Assembly (NCBI GenBank): GCA_951406725.2
Contig: OX597823.1
Coordinates: forward strand, 9,920,001-9,984,000
Reading direction: 5' to 3'
Source: Octopus vulgaris
Lineage: Eukaryota
DNA: 64,000 nt
Of the stretch, positions 14,472-26,074 are shown piece by piece. Both the position numbers and the translations under genes were made by a program. The notes under the pieces were generated by a model. The model saw only the letters and a program-made list of their open reading frames with translations, searched no databases and was not told the DNA's origin. Position 1 is the first letter of the stretch. Every line of letters begins with the position of its first letter.

Positions 14472-15606
14472 GTGTGTGTGTATGTGCGCTCTGAAGAGAA
14501 TATTAGTAGAATGTTTGTTTCAACTGAGACATATAAATAGCATTAAATGTTTATAGTAACGCTAGTTGTATCGTTACATATTCATTCTATCTATCTATGG
14601 CAATCCCTCAAGGTCGAGGATGATGGTCTTCGTGCAAATTTATTGGTGAGTCCGCATTGTTCCATATTCATTAATACCTTTTCGCTATAACATATTAGAC
14701 TAAAATGAACGATTGTAACCTATTTATCTAAAAATAAAGTTCGTCATAAATGTAACTGACACAAATCTTTAGAATTGTCAGCACAACGCTAGACATTTTT
14801 TTCACTTTGACCCAAATACTTTATCTCCAATGAACTAAGAAGGTGAATTTGTTTTCTATAAAGAATTATGAGTAGATAATAATTGCAAAGATTTACAAAT
14901 AAATCCTGTGAAATCCGTATAACTTAATACAGTAGAAGGATGGAGGAATTATATTAATTAGAGATTGATTCATCGTATGTGTAGTTCCATTACTTGCCTA
15001 AATCATTTTTATCAATCAACCACTTTAAGCTAGACTGTTATTAGTTTAGTAGGAAATGGCATTGGTATGGCACTGTAGGAGAACCGTAGCTAACTGACTG
15101 ACAGGACGAAATTATTACTGGTCTTCTATAGATTTCGACTGAATTAGTCATATCTGATCTACTCCATATAAATAAGCTCTTCTAAGGAAATGGAATATAT
15201 TCGAAATGTGTCCTGATCAAATTATAGAGAGAACTGGAAGAAGACACGTTAGCATCGAAGAGCAAGGAATGGAGCGAGGAAAATAAGTGTTTGCTTAAGT
15301 AATAAGGGACGCGCTAATGGAACTGTCTGATGTAATTATCAGAGATTGTGAGAATGGCGGTGTGCATCAAGTGAAATTTTGAATTCACAGTTACTTCTTC
15401 CTCTTATCACGTCACTTCTTACATTTCACATATAGTTGCTTTCTAATAAGCGATGTTTTAAAAGTATTCACAATCACGACAATGTAGGCGAGCCCATAAC
15501 TTTAAGTAAAGAAAGTAAGGCATATCGCATTTCGAATCAGGTGTTTGGTTGTTCAGGATTTATTTGCAAATCGTGTCATTTGTCAAAAGCTTGTAGCTAT
15601 TACACA

Positions 15607-16010
15607 TCTTTATATATAAAAGTGAGGTTGTGTGCTGTCTGTCTCCTACGATTTAGATTCCTAACTACTCCCACATTTTGCGGTGCAGTTTAACCAAAAC
15701 CGGGTATCTTATAGTCATGATTCATATCGAGCCCTTCTGGGTATTAGCGCGCGTCTACGATGAGTCTACGATTTAAAAAAAAAATTACCATCAATTTTTC
15801 CCATTTTAATGCATTTTTGGCATATATATAAGGGAAGTAACTCTCTAAAATTTTATTATTAAATCCCAGAACGTAAAAAGTTACAGTAACCTCCCCCCCC
15901 CCCCCTTTGTGGTTAGACATATTGAGATGGCTATTATACTTTACATCTCTAAAAATGCTTATATAGTTATTTCCCTTACAAACCCGAGCAACGCCGGGCG
16001 ATACTGCTAG
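15607..16010 (+). mobile_element. Non-autonomous Helitron
   Basis: a|TCtttatatataaaag ... aacccgagcaacgccgggcgatactgCTAG|t; no TSD. Confidence 0.9.
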
Positions 16011-16467
16011 TTAAAAAATAAAGGAACGACGTCGGGTGCTTACACATTAAAGGACGAATATCATCTGCATTATTCTACATAGGTAGTATATGCAACTAAT
16101 TAAGAAAAACCATTCAATATTTGACATCTGGCGACGAGAAACCTTGAGAGTACATCAAGGAATGACAAGTAATTTGTATGAAGGCCAGAAGTGGTGTATA
16201 ATGAAATTTTAACGTGCCGGATTTAGTTGACATCCTAGTGTTTCATTCTATCAATTCTCAGTCCTTAGATATGTCAACACGTGAGAAATAACGGTGTGAC
16301 TATAAAACTAGGTTGAGTGAAGGTGTCATGAGACAGTAACATTGCACACGATAGGTTTCGCTTATATATGTAGCTTAGTTTTAGTTTTAGCTTTATATTT
16401 AAGATTCATCGTCGTCATTCTGCAGAAAGAATCGTGGACGCATGAATAATTTAAAGAGTACATACGC

Positions 16468-16511
<44 letters not shown>

Positions 16512-16739
16512 AAGCTGCAAAAACATCAAAAAGATATCACCAAAAAAAATGTTCGTCGGACAGTTAAGATTGAGAATAATAAAGCATATTACTCTACCAC
16601 GGATATTCGAGTACCTTTTCCCCCCCACATTGTTTCACATTTATGTGCTTACGTTGGTAAGTCTGCTTATTGGCATCTTTGGGTGAGGTCGTACTGCCAC
16701 GTAGTGCTTCTTTGGTTTGCAGTGCTTCTGCCCTGTTCG

Positions 16740-17290
16740 TTGATATATGCGATGGCTTCTGTTAAATACGGTTTTATGCTGGGGAAAAAACATCGGCCGG
16801 AAGTGTTGTCATGCTGCAAACAGCATACAAAAACGCTACCATGAGCAAAACAGAAGTTTACGAGTGGTTGTCACGCTTTTGGATAATTCTTTTGTCGCCT
16901 GAAGACCAACCTCTTTCAGGGCAACCGCCGGCCTCCCGAACGAATGAAATCATCATGAAAATTCGTGAACTGATCCTGAAGGACCGTCAGCGAAAAATTG
17001 ACCAACAAAACACCTTGTTACAGCCTCTAAGATGAACTGAAGGCAAGAATTATGGCAGCATTGATCACCTTAAACAAGGAGACCGCCCAGAAGAGTTGCA
17101 GGAGATTCTGAATGCTTCTGAAGGCTGTGATTGAAGTCAACGGCGATTTTATTGAATAAATTTACACTTTAGTACTTCAAGATATTCTTATATAAATTTG
17201 GTAAATATATCTGTTAAAATGTTATGTTATTGTCAGTGTTATTTTCCTTTTTTCTTAATTTAGACGACAGTTCATTCACCGCATCATGTA
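16740..17290 (+). mobile_element. Decayed Tc1/mariner transposase remnants
   Basis: MSKTEVYEWLSRF...EDQPLSGQP...IRELILKDRQ (mariner HTH region), then a C-terminus resembling ..LKAVIEVNGDFIE*. Confidence 0.75.
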
Positions 17291-17324
17291 TATATGTATG
17301 TATATATGTATGTATATGTGTGTA

Positions 17325-17446
<122 letters not shown>

Positions 17447-17489
17447 CGATAAGATTCTTTCAGTTTCCTTCTAGGAAATCCACTCACAA

Positions 17490-18410
17490 GACATGAAATG
17501 ACGTGTTGCCAGTCAGCTCGTGGCCGAGACGGAGGGACACCATCACTGGCGATTAAGAATATTGTGCACGCAGACAAATTTATACTTTATACCTGTGGCT
17601 CCGCTTCTGTCGATTCGTTTTTAAGCAGTTCACTTAAATTCTTCATCTCCTTCCTTTAATTGTTTCCTCTATTAGTGTCGATAACAATATTTTTGTTTCC
17701 CATTTGCCCTCCCATAATCCACAAGCGTTCAACGAGGAATTTACGCAATCATTAAATTATGTTTCTTTCTTTTCTGTTTTTGCTTTTGAATCTGGTTTTC
17801 TACCTAGACGCACGCCGTATAGTATCTGGATAGGTATTCTTTGATCATCATTCCGAACAATATATCCAGTCCAAAGTTAAATGGTGCTTGTGCACCATCC
17901 CAACAACTTTCCCTTCAAGAACTCTGTGTCTGGAGTCCGCAGGTAGTTTCAGCTGAACTGTTCTTTCTATGTACAAAGATACTACGCAAAACTGTATCTA
18001 TCAGAAACGATACAATCACGCCATCGTTGGTTTCAAGTCACAAATAGTCTTGTTCACAGATATTCCGACAAATCCACAGCCACATACTCCACGTATGAGT
18101 AATCAAATTCATGACTTCGACAACTGTCCTTCGTTGGTCCGAACAGAAAGAAATCGAAGTGCACTAAGTTCTTCTCTGTGCAGTGGACGGGAGCCCATTG
18201 ACCAGTTGAATTTGCCATTTCTCACTTGTTGCCAAAAATGTGTATCTGTGCGTGATCAGAGCATTTGAAATCGGTTTCACTTCTCACTCTTCTTTGAGAA
18301 GCACATTGAATAATAATGCTTCTAAAGCTTTCTATTTGGATAAAAGACAAATTCCATCCTACATCTATTTGAACAGGACTGACCTCGTGCTAAAATAAAT
18401 GAAAACAAAA
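17490..18410 (-). pseudogene. Heavily decayed RTE-clade LINE 3' region
   Basis: Minus-strand LWTGYIVRNDDQRIPIQILYG resembles the RTE motif LRWxGHVxRMxxxRIPKQxLYG; many stops and frameshifts. Confidence 0.6.
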
Positions 18411-18488
18411 CAGTTAATAAAAAGCAGAACTTGGAAATAATAAGAAGGGTCAGAGTACATACAACATCAACAACAACAAATATCTTAA

Positions 18489-18716
18489 ATCTCTTTTACT
18501 CTTTTCCTTGTTTTAGTCATTTGACAGTGGCCATGCTGGAGCACCGCCTTTAGTCGAGCAAATCGACTCCAGGACTTATTCTTTGTAAGCCTAGTACTTA
18601 TTCTATCGGTGTCTTTTGCCGAAACGCTAGATGACGGGGACGTAAACACACCAGCATCGGTTGTCAAGCGATGTTGGGGGGACAAACACAGAAATACAAA
18701 CATTTACACACACACA
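18489..18716 (-). mobile_element. SINE family A, 3' half
   Basis: ggccatgctggagcaccgcctttagtcgagcaaatcgac. Confidence 0.9.
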
Positions 18717-18730
18717 CGTATATATATATA

Positions 18731-19300
18731 GGGGCTTCATTGAAAGAAAAATGATAACGCTATTCAAAAGAAGATTTGTTTTTTGATAAGCTTGGAGCTG
18801 AGAAAACTAATGAGAGTACAGGAGGCGGTCGAAAAAGCCAGCTTCTATATATGGCTGAAGCGAGAAGACCAAAAATGACTTGAAAGTCATAACATGCCAG
18901 CAGGAAAATAACATCACTAGGTGAGACAAGCTGACACTGAATCAGCTTTGCTGACTGATAGGTGATGGTCATTTATAAGAATGTGTGGGCTAAGATTACG
19001 CGCCTTCATTGGTCAGTTAAAGTTGAGACAGTGTCACGTGACAACTTGCTGGGGCTGCCTGCTGGAGTCCAGAAGCAGGTATTTAAAGGGGAAAATTTGA
19101 CAAGTCAGTCAGTCGCCCGCTGACACTCGTTGACGCTACCTCGTAGAGGCCAGGGAACAGAAGAAAGAAGACATGCACCCAACACCAGAGCTGACCACAC
19201 CCCCGAAACGGGGGGTCCCCACCACCTTAAAACGGTAGAGGAGTAGGGGCCGAAACCGGACGCGGTTCCTCCTGATGATGTCTTGAGCTAACTGGATCCT
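18731..19300 (+). mobile_element. 3' end of a HERO-like RLE non-LTR retrotransposon plus 3'UTR
   Basis: Translation GFIE...LQEAVEKASFYIWLKREDQK resembles the RGF...AEKASxWxWLKR C-terminus of HERO-type elements; GC-rich structured UTR follows. Confidence 0.6.
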
Positions 19301-20588
19301 ATAAAGGAGCTGTTGTGGTAGCAGACCACGAAACACGGTTGAAATTCCTCCAAACTCTGATTTGGATATTCTTCACCGTTTGAATAGATATGACAAAACT
19401 TCTACAAATATTACAAGATAAATACTCGTGAGATTTTCTTCACTTTGTTACTGCCTGGTTGACCTTAAACAGGTATAAACTTCTACCTTCAGTAATAGTT
19501 TCTTCTCCAGAGCTCTCAAACAGCCGATGTCACATTTTCTAGCATAGACCTGTAGGAACATAGATGTGAGCTTCATTGCGCAATGATATTAATAATTGTA
19601 TTATCTTGTTTCTTGAATTATTGTTGTTATATATGTATCAGGCTGAGTTAACATATGCTATTTTATTTTGTATTCTGATGAGACTTCCTATCGTATAATT
19701 ATAGTTATATTTTAGTTATTTGAATATTCTATCTGAATATATACGATATTTCATTGGAGACAAACATATTGTTTTCTTTTTAAATACAATGACAATACAT
19801 TTTATTGAAATGAATATTTATAATGCTTACATACAATAAAATATAACATATTGTAATTAAAACGAAAGGTTCTAATAATTATGAATTTACATATTTTTAG
19901 GATTATCTACACAGCACAATAATACTCTTCACAGTATATCTTCCGTCAACTTGTAATATTCAAATGCAACAAAGAAGAAGCTCATAAAAATGTTTATAAA
20001 TTTTCAAACGTAAATTTGCATCTATTATATCAAATTTTAAGGAAGTTAAGTGGTATAATCATTAGAATGTCTGATAGAAAGCGTTGATACTTTGTTTAGT
20101 TTTCTGCTCCGAGATATTTAATCCTGTTGCGACCATCGTTCACTATTCATCCCTTCGGAATAATTCAATAAAAAATCAACCTCGCACTGATGCACCTTAC
20201 TCTCCCTCACTCTCTCCCTTCTCATCGTTTTTCTCTCTACCCCGTCTTTCTATCTGTCCACCTGTAACATCCTAGACATTCAGCTGGCCCAAAGGGTGGA
20301 AGGCTAAGCTGGTAACTGTGGCAGCTCACGAATACACGGGAACTTAAAATGAAAACTGAAAGTGTGGTACCGACAAACAACTCATCTTTTCGAATCATCA
20401 AAAGAACATCAACAAAGTAGACCACCTGTTTAATCTAACAATTTAAATTTGATTTAAACATCATTAAAGCACATTATACGGATCTCAAATTTTAGCACAA
20501 GGCCAACAATTTAGGGGGAATATACGCATGCGCAAATGACCAAAATGTTCAGCTGCACGGAGATAAATCAAATTGTTTTTCAATTGTA

Positions 20589-20794
20589 TCTCTTTTAATC
20601 TTTTACTTGTTTCAGTCATTTGACTGCGGCCATGCTGGAGCACCGCCTTTAGTCGAGCAAATCGACCCCAGGACTTATTCTTTTTGTAAGCCCAGTACTT
20701 ATTCTATCGGTCTCTTTTGCCGAACCGCTAGGTGACGGGGACGTAAACACACCAGCATCGGTTGTCAAGCAATGCTAGGGGGACAAACACACAA

Positions 20795-20827
<33 letters not shown>

Positions 20828-20956
20828 CATATATATACGACAGACTTCTTTCAGTTTCCGTCTACCAAATCCACTCACAAGGCATTGGTCGGCCCGGGGC
20901 TATAGTAGAAGACACTTGCCCGAGATGCCACGCAGTGGGACTGAACCCGCAACCAT
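20589..20956 (-). mobile_element. SINE family A (5'-truncated)
   Basis: Identity to 4644-5043. Confidence 0.9.
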
Positions 20957-21145
20957 ATATCTATATACATAGACAGATATACATGCAGGCAGGTAGGCAG
21001 ACAGACAGACACACACATATAAAAGTGTGTGTGTGTGTGTGTGTGTTTTGTCGCAATCCTGCTTATAATCTGTTTGTGAGCCCGAGTTTTCAGTGGAAGT
21101 CTTTTGTCCCAGAATTTGCCAACGAGATAACGTATTATGAGAATT

Positions 21146-21310
21146 TAGGGCAGTGAGCTGCTTGGACCCTTAGCATGCCGGGCTAAATGCAGTGCGGCAT
21201 TTCGTCCGTCTTTACGTTCTGAATTAAAATTCTGCCGAGGTCGACTTTGCCTTTCATCCTTTTGGGGGTCGATAAAATAAATAGCAGTTGACCACTGGGT
21301 CGATGGGATC
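21146..21310 (+). mobile_element. SINE family B
   Basis: tctgccgaggtcgactttgcctttcatcc. Confidence 0.8.
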
Positions 21311-21606
21311 CTAATTGGCAAATATATTTATGTCTACAGCATTTCCTATCGGATTTATACTAATTTATATGAGCTTGGCAAGCCTAAGTAGGTAGAAGCC
21401 CCCAATTGTTTTTTATTGAAAACAGTACTCTGATTAGGGAAAACAATCTTGCCGACGCACCGGTATTTCAGATTTCGCTACATCAGTGAATCATGTGTGT
21501 TATAAAAAACACATTTTGTTTAAAAGACGTTTTACTCTTTTAACGGAATTCATCAGTGAAATGATTTCCGTGTTCAAGCCTACCGGAGCACATAACGAGC
21601 TCAACC

Positions 21607-21664
<58 letters not shown>

Positions 21665-21974
21665 TGTGTGTGTACATGGGCAATAACTTTTGTGTTTTAA
21701 CACATCTTTTATAGCAAAACACGCATGTTTGCTATCGGAACCCTGTGAAATATAAAAAAACAAATAGAGATGTATCTAGATCGCTGCCAAACTTTCTCAG
21801 GATGTTATGTGTTTGTGTGTGGGTGTTAGCTTAATTTTACTTCTATCTATAAACTGCTGTTAACTTATCTTGTATCCCTTTATGTTCTATATCAAGAGAC
21901 TGGTGAAATAGTTGCCAAATTGAAATAAATAAATGTTGACCTTTTCGAAAATTATATATATATATATATATTAT

Positions 21975-22178
21975 ACATCGCCATGATATATCGTTAGCCA
22001 CTACACACATTTTTGCTCTCCTTGTTTCTCTCCTTGTTTTTTCTGTGTCCCTTTCTGTAGAAAAGCGTAGGCTCGAAACGTAAAAGACCTTTTTCTATTC
22101 CCGAGCGTTATGCTAATACATCTGTTTGTTTTCTACACCACCTGTCTTCGTCTTTTGTTTTTTTCGTAAACTCTCCCT
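21975..22178 (+). mobile_element. Short Penelope pLTR-like element (family P1a) in (TA)n with HHR variant CUGUAGA
   Basis: cttt-CTGTAGA-A-aagc-gtag-gctc-GAAACGTA-aaag at 22051-22086; homologous to 45831 and 62766. Confidence 0.75.
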
Positions 22179-23551
22179 ATATATATGTATGTTTGTATAT
22201 ATTTATATATGTAAGAAAAGAATCATTCTGCAAGCGATGCTTCAAATTAGAGAAAACGAGTCGTGAATTCATATATTATCTCATTTACATTTCATTATAA
22301 ATATTTACTTTTTAATTTAAAAATTATTTCTAAATTATATAATGTATTATTATTCGACATCTATTTGCACTCATTAATCTTTTAATTGATTGAATTGTTC
22401 TCAGATTCTTTAAATAGGAACGTCTATTGGCAATTCATCTTAACTCTCCGTGCTCGAGCCCTCTTAAATTAACTCTTATAATAATTTGGTGTATCGTTGT
22501 CATTAAAACAAGGACCAGATTTATCCGCACGTATTGTTTCCGGTATCCGTTTTAATCCACTGCAATTATCCAGAATAATACACACCGTATGTTTCTCTTG
22601 TCTAAAATAGTATCATCAATAAAACAATTGGAGGGTATCTTCACTGAAATATGAACAATAAACAGACTTACACACTACATCTAAATAATGCAGTCTGTGA
22701 GTAAAGTGCCTGACACATTACATATTCGTTCATTGTTGACATTTTTACTATTCATGCGGTGGTGTGAGAGTTTTATGAATTCCTCTTGTTTTATTTCAGT
22801 CATATCCATTATTATTCAGCTTAACAGGAAGAAAAAAAGAAACACTGCGATGAACAAAAACTGAGATTGAAAGTAAAAATATGAAAAAAGCAGATAAATA
22901 TACAAAATCGAATCTATTAGATTAGATGTGAAGGAAGGTTCGGCAAAATACGAAATATTAATTAGATTTAGCTTCACAAAAAAAGAAACATATATAAACA
23001 TACAAAGACACTCCATTATATATGCGTATATATACATACATACATATACGTATTATATATATATATATATATATATATACATAGACGTATATATTTTTGT
23101 GTGTTTGTGTATAGGTGATTTAATATAATTGATATTAGCACCAATACTAGTAAACTTTATACTTATTTGAATTCTTGACACCAACGAGTGAAGCAGATAA
23201 TCCATAGTAGATTTAATTACATCAGATCAAAGCTAGGTAGTACATTAAAAATTTCGACATAGAAAGCAACGAATATCCTAATAAGCAAATCACAGAAAAT
23301 CATTGATCGGTTTTAATAAATTAAAAACAATCATTTAGATAAAATAAGCTACCAACATTAAATAAAATAATGAGAATTTTATACAGTTTTTTTAGAAATC
23401 AATAATGCATTGTGAACAATATCTTATGCTCATTTTGTATAACAATGAAGAGGCATACACCATATATACATACATATTTACATATATTCATATTTACTTA
23501 TATATATATTTATATACATGTAGAGAGAGATATAGACATATATAGTTCAAA

Positions 23552-23758
23552 ATGTGACCGCGTGTGCACCGTTGGTGATTCTTTTTCCTCAGTCTTCCCT
23601 TCTCTGGATCTTTCCTTTTCCTATGTTTCTAACGAAGAGCTCCGCTCGAAACGTTAAACCCTCTTTCTTCCCTTCCTTCTTGGGCGTTCAATAATACTAT
23701 ATTTGTTCCACGTCCTCGCGTTGTTGTGTTTTCTTTTGGTGTTTTCATGTTTGGATTA

Positions 23759-23762
<4 letters not shown>
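23552..23762 (+). mobile_element. Family P1b pLTR-like element with a mutated HHR motif
   Basis: gttt-CTAACGA-A-gagc-tcc-gctc-GAAACGTT-aaac at 23625-23659; ends in (TA)n. Confidence 0.75.
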
Positions 23763-23807
<45 letters not shown>

Positions 23808-23811
<4 letters not shown>

Positions 23812-24395
23812 TTGTATTTAGGAATGGTCATTTTACCAGTTTAGCCAATAAAAACATACGCACTATATATTTGGTGTTATTTTGCTTCAGCGTTATTTAT
23901 TTTTTACATTAATCTTAATCTTATTTCGGCCAGAGTTCTTTCGTCACACTCCTGTGACCGCAGCAGTGGTCTTTTGCTTACTAAACATCAGCCATTTTGT
24001 ATTTCTATTGTACGTGTCTTCATTCGCGCATGCGTATTTCTCTATATGCGTCTATGTTTAGTTAGTGTGTGTGTGGGGGGGATGCCTGTAATAATTGTAT
24101 CTCCTGTTTATATACGTTCGTGTAATTTGTTTTTGTTTGTGTTTATTCTTATAAAGACACATAAAATAGAAATACACAATGGCTGACGGTTAGTAAGGAG
24201 AGACACACAAATATGAAAGAAGAAAGCAAAGGACCACTGATGCGGTCACTGGAGTGTGACGAAAGAACTCTGGCCGAAATAAGATTAAGATTAATGTAAA
24301 AAATGAATAACGCTGAAGCAAAATAACACCAAATATATAGTGCATGTGTTTTTATTGGCTAAACTGGCAAAATGACCATTCCTAAATACAACAAT
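23808..24395. mobile_element. Head-to-head inverted element (~200-bp arms) with an HHR-like motif in each arm (family P2)
   Basis: gttgtatttaggaatggtcatttt... mirrors ...aaaatgaccattcctaaatacaac. Motifs at 23928-23972 (-) and 24231-24275 (+). Confidence 0.8.
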
Positions 24396-24451
24396 ATCTG
24401 TTTCAACACATGATTTCACATCAAAAATATTGCAAAACAAATATATAAACG

Positions 24452-24511
<60 letters not shown>

Positions 24512-24603
24512 ATGTATATATATAATTGCAACGTGGAAGGTGTTTGTTAGCCATTTCAGAAACACACAAAAGCCGTTCGATTCACTTCAACATTTAAGTT
24601 TAA

Positions 24604-24653
24604 TTTGTCAAAATATTTTCGTCGCTAAAATCCGCGACCTGTTCACTGACAAA
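24604..24653 (-). ncRNA. Mirror copy of the G3-C8 hammerhead
   Basis: Exact reverse complement of 24669-24718. Confidence 0.72.
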
Positions 24654-24668
24654 AATCCGTGCTGCATC

Positions 24669-24718
24669 TTTGTCAGTGAACAGGTCGCGGATTTTAGCGA
24701 CGAAAATATTTTGACAAA
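24669..24718 (+). ncRNA. Type I minimal hammerhead ribozyme with compensatory G3-C8 core
   Basis: tttgtca-GTGAACA-G-gtcgc-ggatttta-gcgac-GAAA-atat-TT-tgacaaa: 7-bp stem I, 5-bp stem II, palindromic stem III. Confidence 0.72.
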
Positions 24719-24852
24719 TTAAACTTAAATGTTGAAGTGAATCGAACGGCTTTTGTGTGTTTCTTAAATGGCTTACAAACACCTTTCACGCTGCAATTGT
24801 TTTCGTTTCAGCACACGATCTCAGATCAAATCACTTGCTATGCGAGTACATC

Positions 24853-24900
<48 letters not shown>

Positions 24901-24906
<6 letters not shown>

Positions 24907-25037
24907 GTCGACGCCCCCAGACGATGAAGTAGACTAGCCCAATATGTAAATACAAAGGGAGAAGTCTAGATATCGAGGAGTTGAGTAGAGGTCATCCGAA
25001 CGTGCGATATAACATACATGCATACATACATATATAC

Positions 25038-25085
<48 letters not shown>

Positions 25086-25269
25086 GTTTATATCTACTAA
25101 TGTTATATCAAATGCTTATATGTGTGCACATACAGATATATAAACAGACCAACGACATTACACTAAAACGATTGAATGAGTGCAGCGAATGAGCTAGAGG
25201 GAGAGGCGGAAAAGACTGCGACTTTACTCGCTGGAGCGAAGACGGGGCGGATATGTATTAATCTACACA
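24901..25269. mobile_element. Possible solo LTR (TG...CA) interrupted by microsatellite
   Basis: Begins tgttgtg and ends ctacaca, with a GC-richer interior. No PBS, PPT or TSD confirmed. Confidence 0.25.
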
Positions 25270-25556
25270 TGGAACACTCTAGAAGGGCTAGTAACTAATT
25301 TCTGCTTTGAATGTTAAACAAATGCCAGTTCAAATTCTGCCGAGGTCAACTTTGCCGTTCAACCTTTCGGGGTCGATAAAATAAGTTCCAGTTGAGCGGT
25401 GGCATCGACGTAATCGATTTACTCCCTCTCCCAAATTTGCTGTCCTGGTGCCAAAATTTAAAACCGATACATTTTACAATCCTTACACTGCGGCATTGCA
25501 TATACGAGTGTACGTATACCTCTGTGAGAGCTTATATGAGCAACTTATGAGTAAAC

Positions 25557-25594
<38 letters not shown>

Positions 25595-25597
<3 letters not shown>

Positions 25598-26021
25598 CGT
25601 AAGAGTAGCTGTGTGGTGAGTAGCCTGCTTACGAACCACGTGGTTCCGGTTTCAGTCCCACTGAGTGGCACCTGCGTCAAGTGTCTTCTACTATAGCCTC
25701 GAGCTGACCAGAGCCTTGTGAGTGGATTTGGTAGACGGAAAATGAAAGAAGCCCGTCGTATAAATGTATAATTATATATATATGTATATGTAAGTGTGTG
25801 TATATGTTTGCGTGTCTGTGTTTGTCCACCCCACCCCCACAACATCGCTTGACAACCGATGCTGGTGTGTTTACGTCCCCCTAACTTAGCGGTTCGGGAA
25901 AAGAGACCGATAGAATAAGTACTAGGCTTACAAAGAATAAGTCCTGGGGTCGGTTTGCTCGACAAAAGGCGGTACCCCAGCATGGCCACAGTCAAATGAC
26001 TGAAACAAGTAATAGAGTAAA
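25595..26021 (+). mobile_element. SINE family A, full length
   Basis: aggcgtaagagtagctgtgtggtgag...aaatgactgaaacaagtaatagagtaaa. Confidence 0.9.
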
Positions 26022-26031
26022 AAAGTATACA

Positions 26032-26074
<43 letters not shown>

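Larger units (their letters stand above)
24523..24856. mobile_element. Head-to-head palindromic element (~130-bp arms, right arm extended) in (TA)n (family P3)
   Basis: Arms 24523-24653 and 24669-24798 are near-perfect reverse complements; both flanks are (TA)n. Confidence 0.88.
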
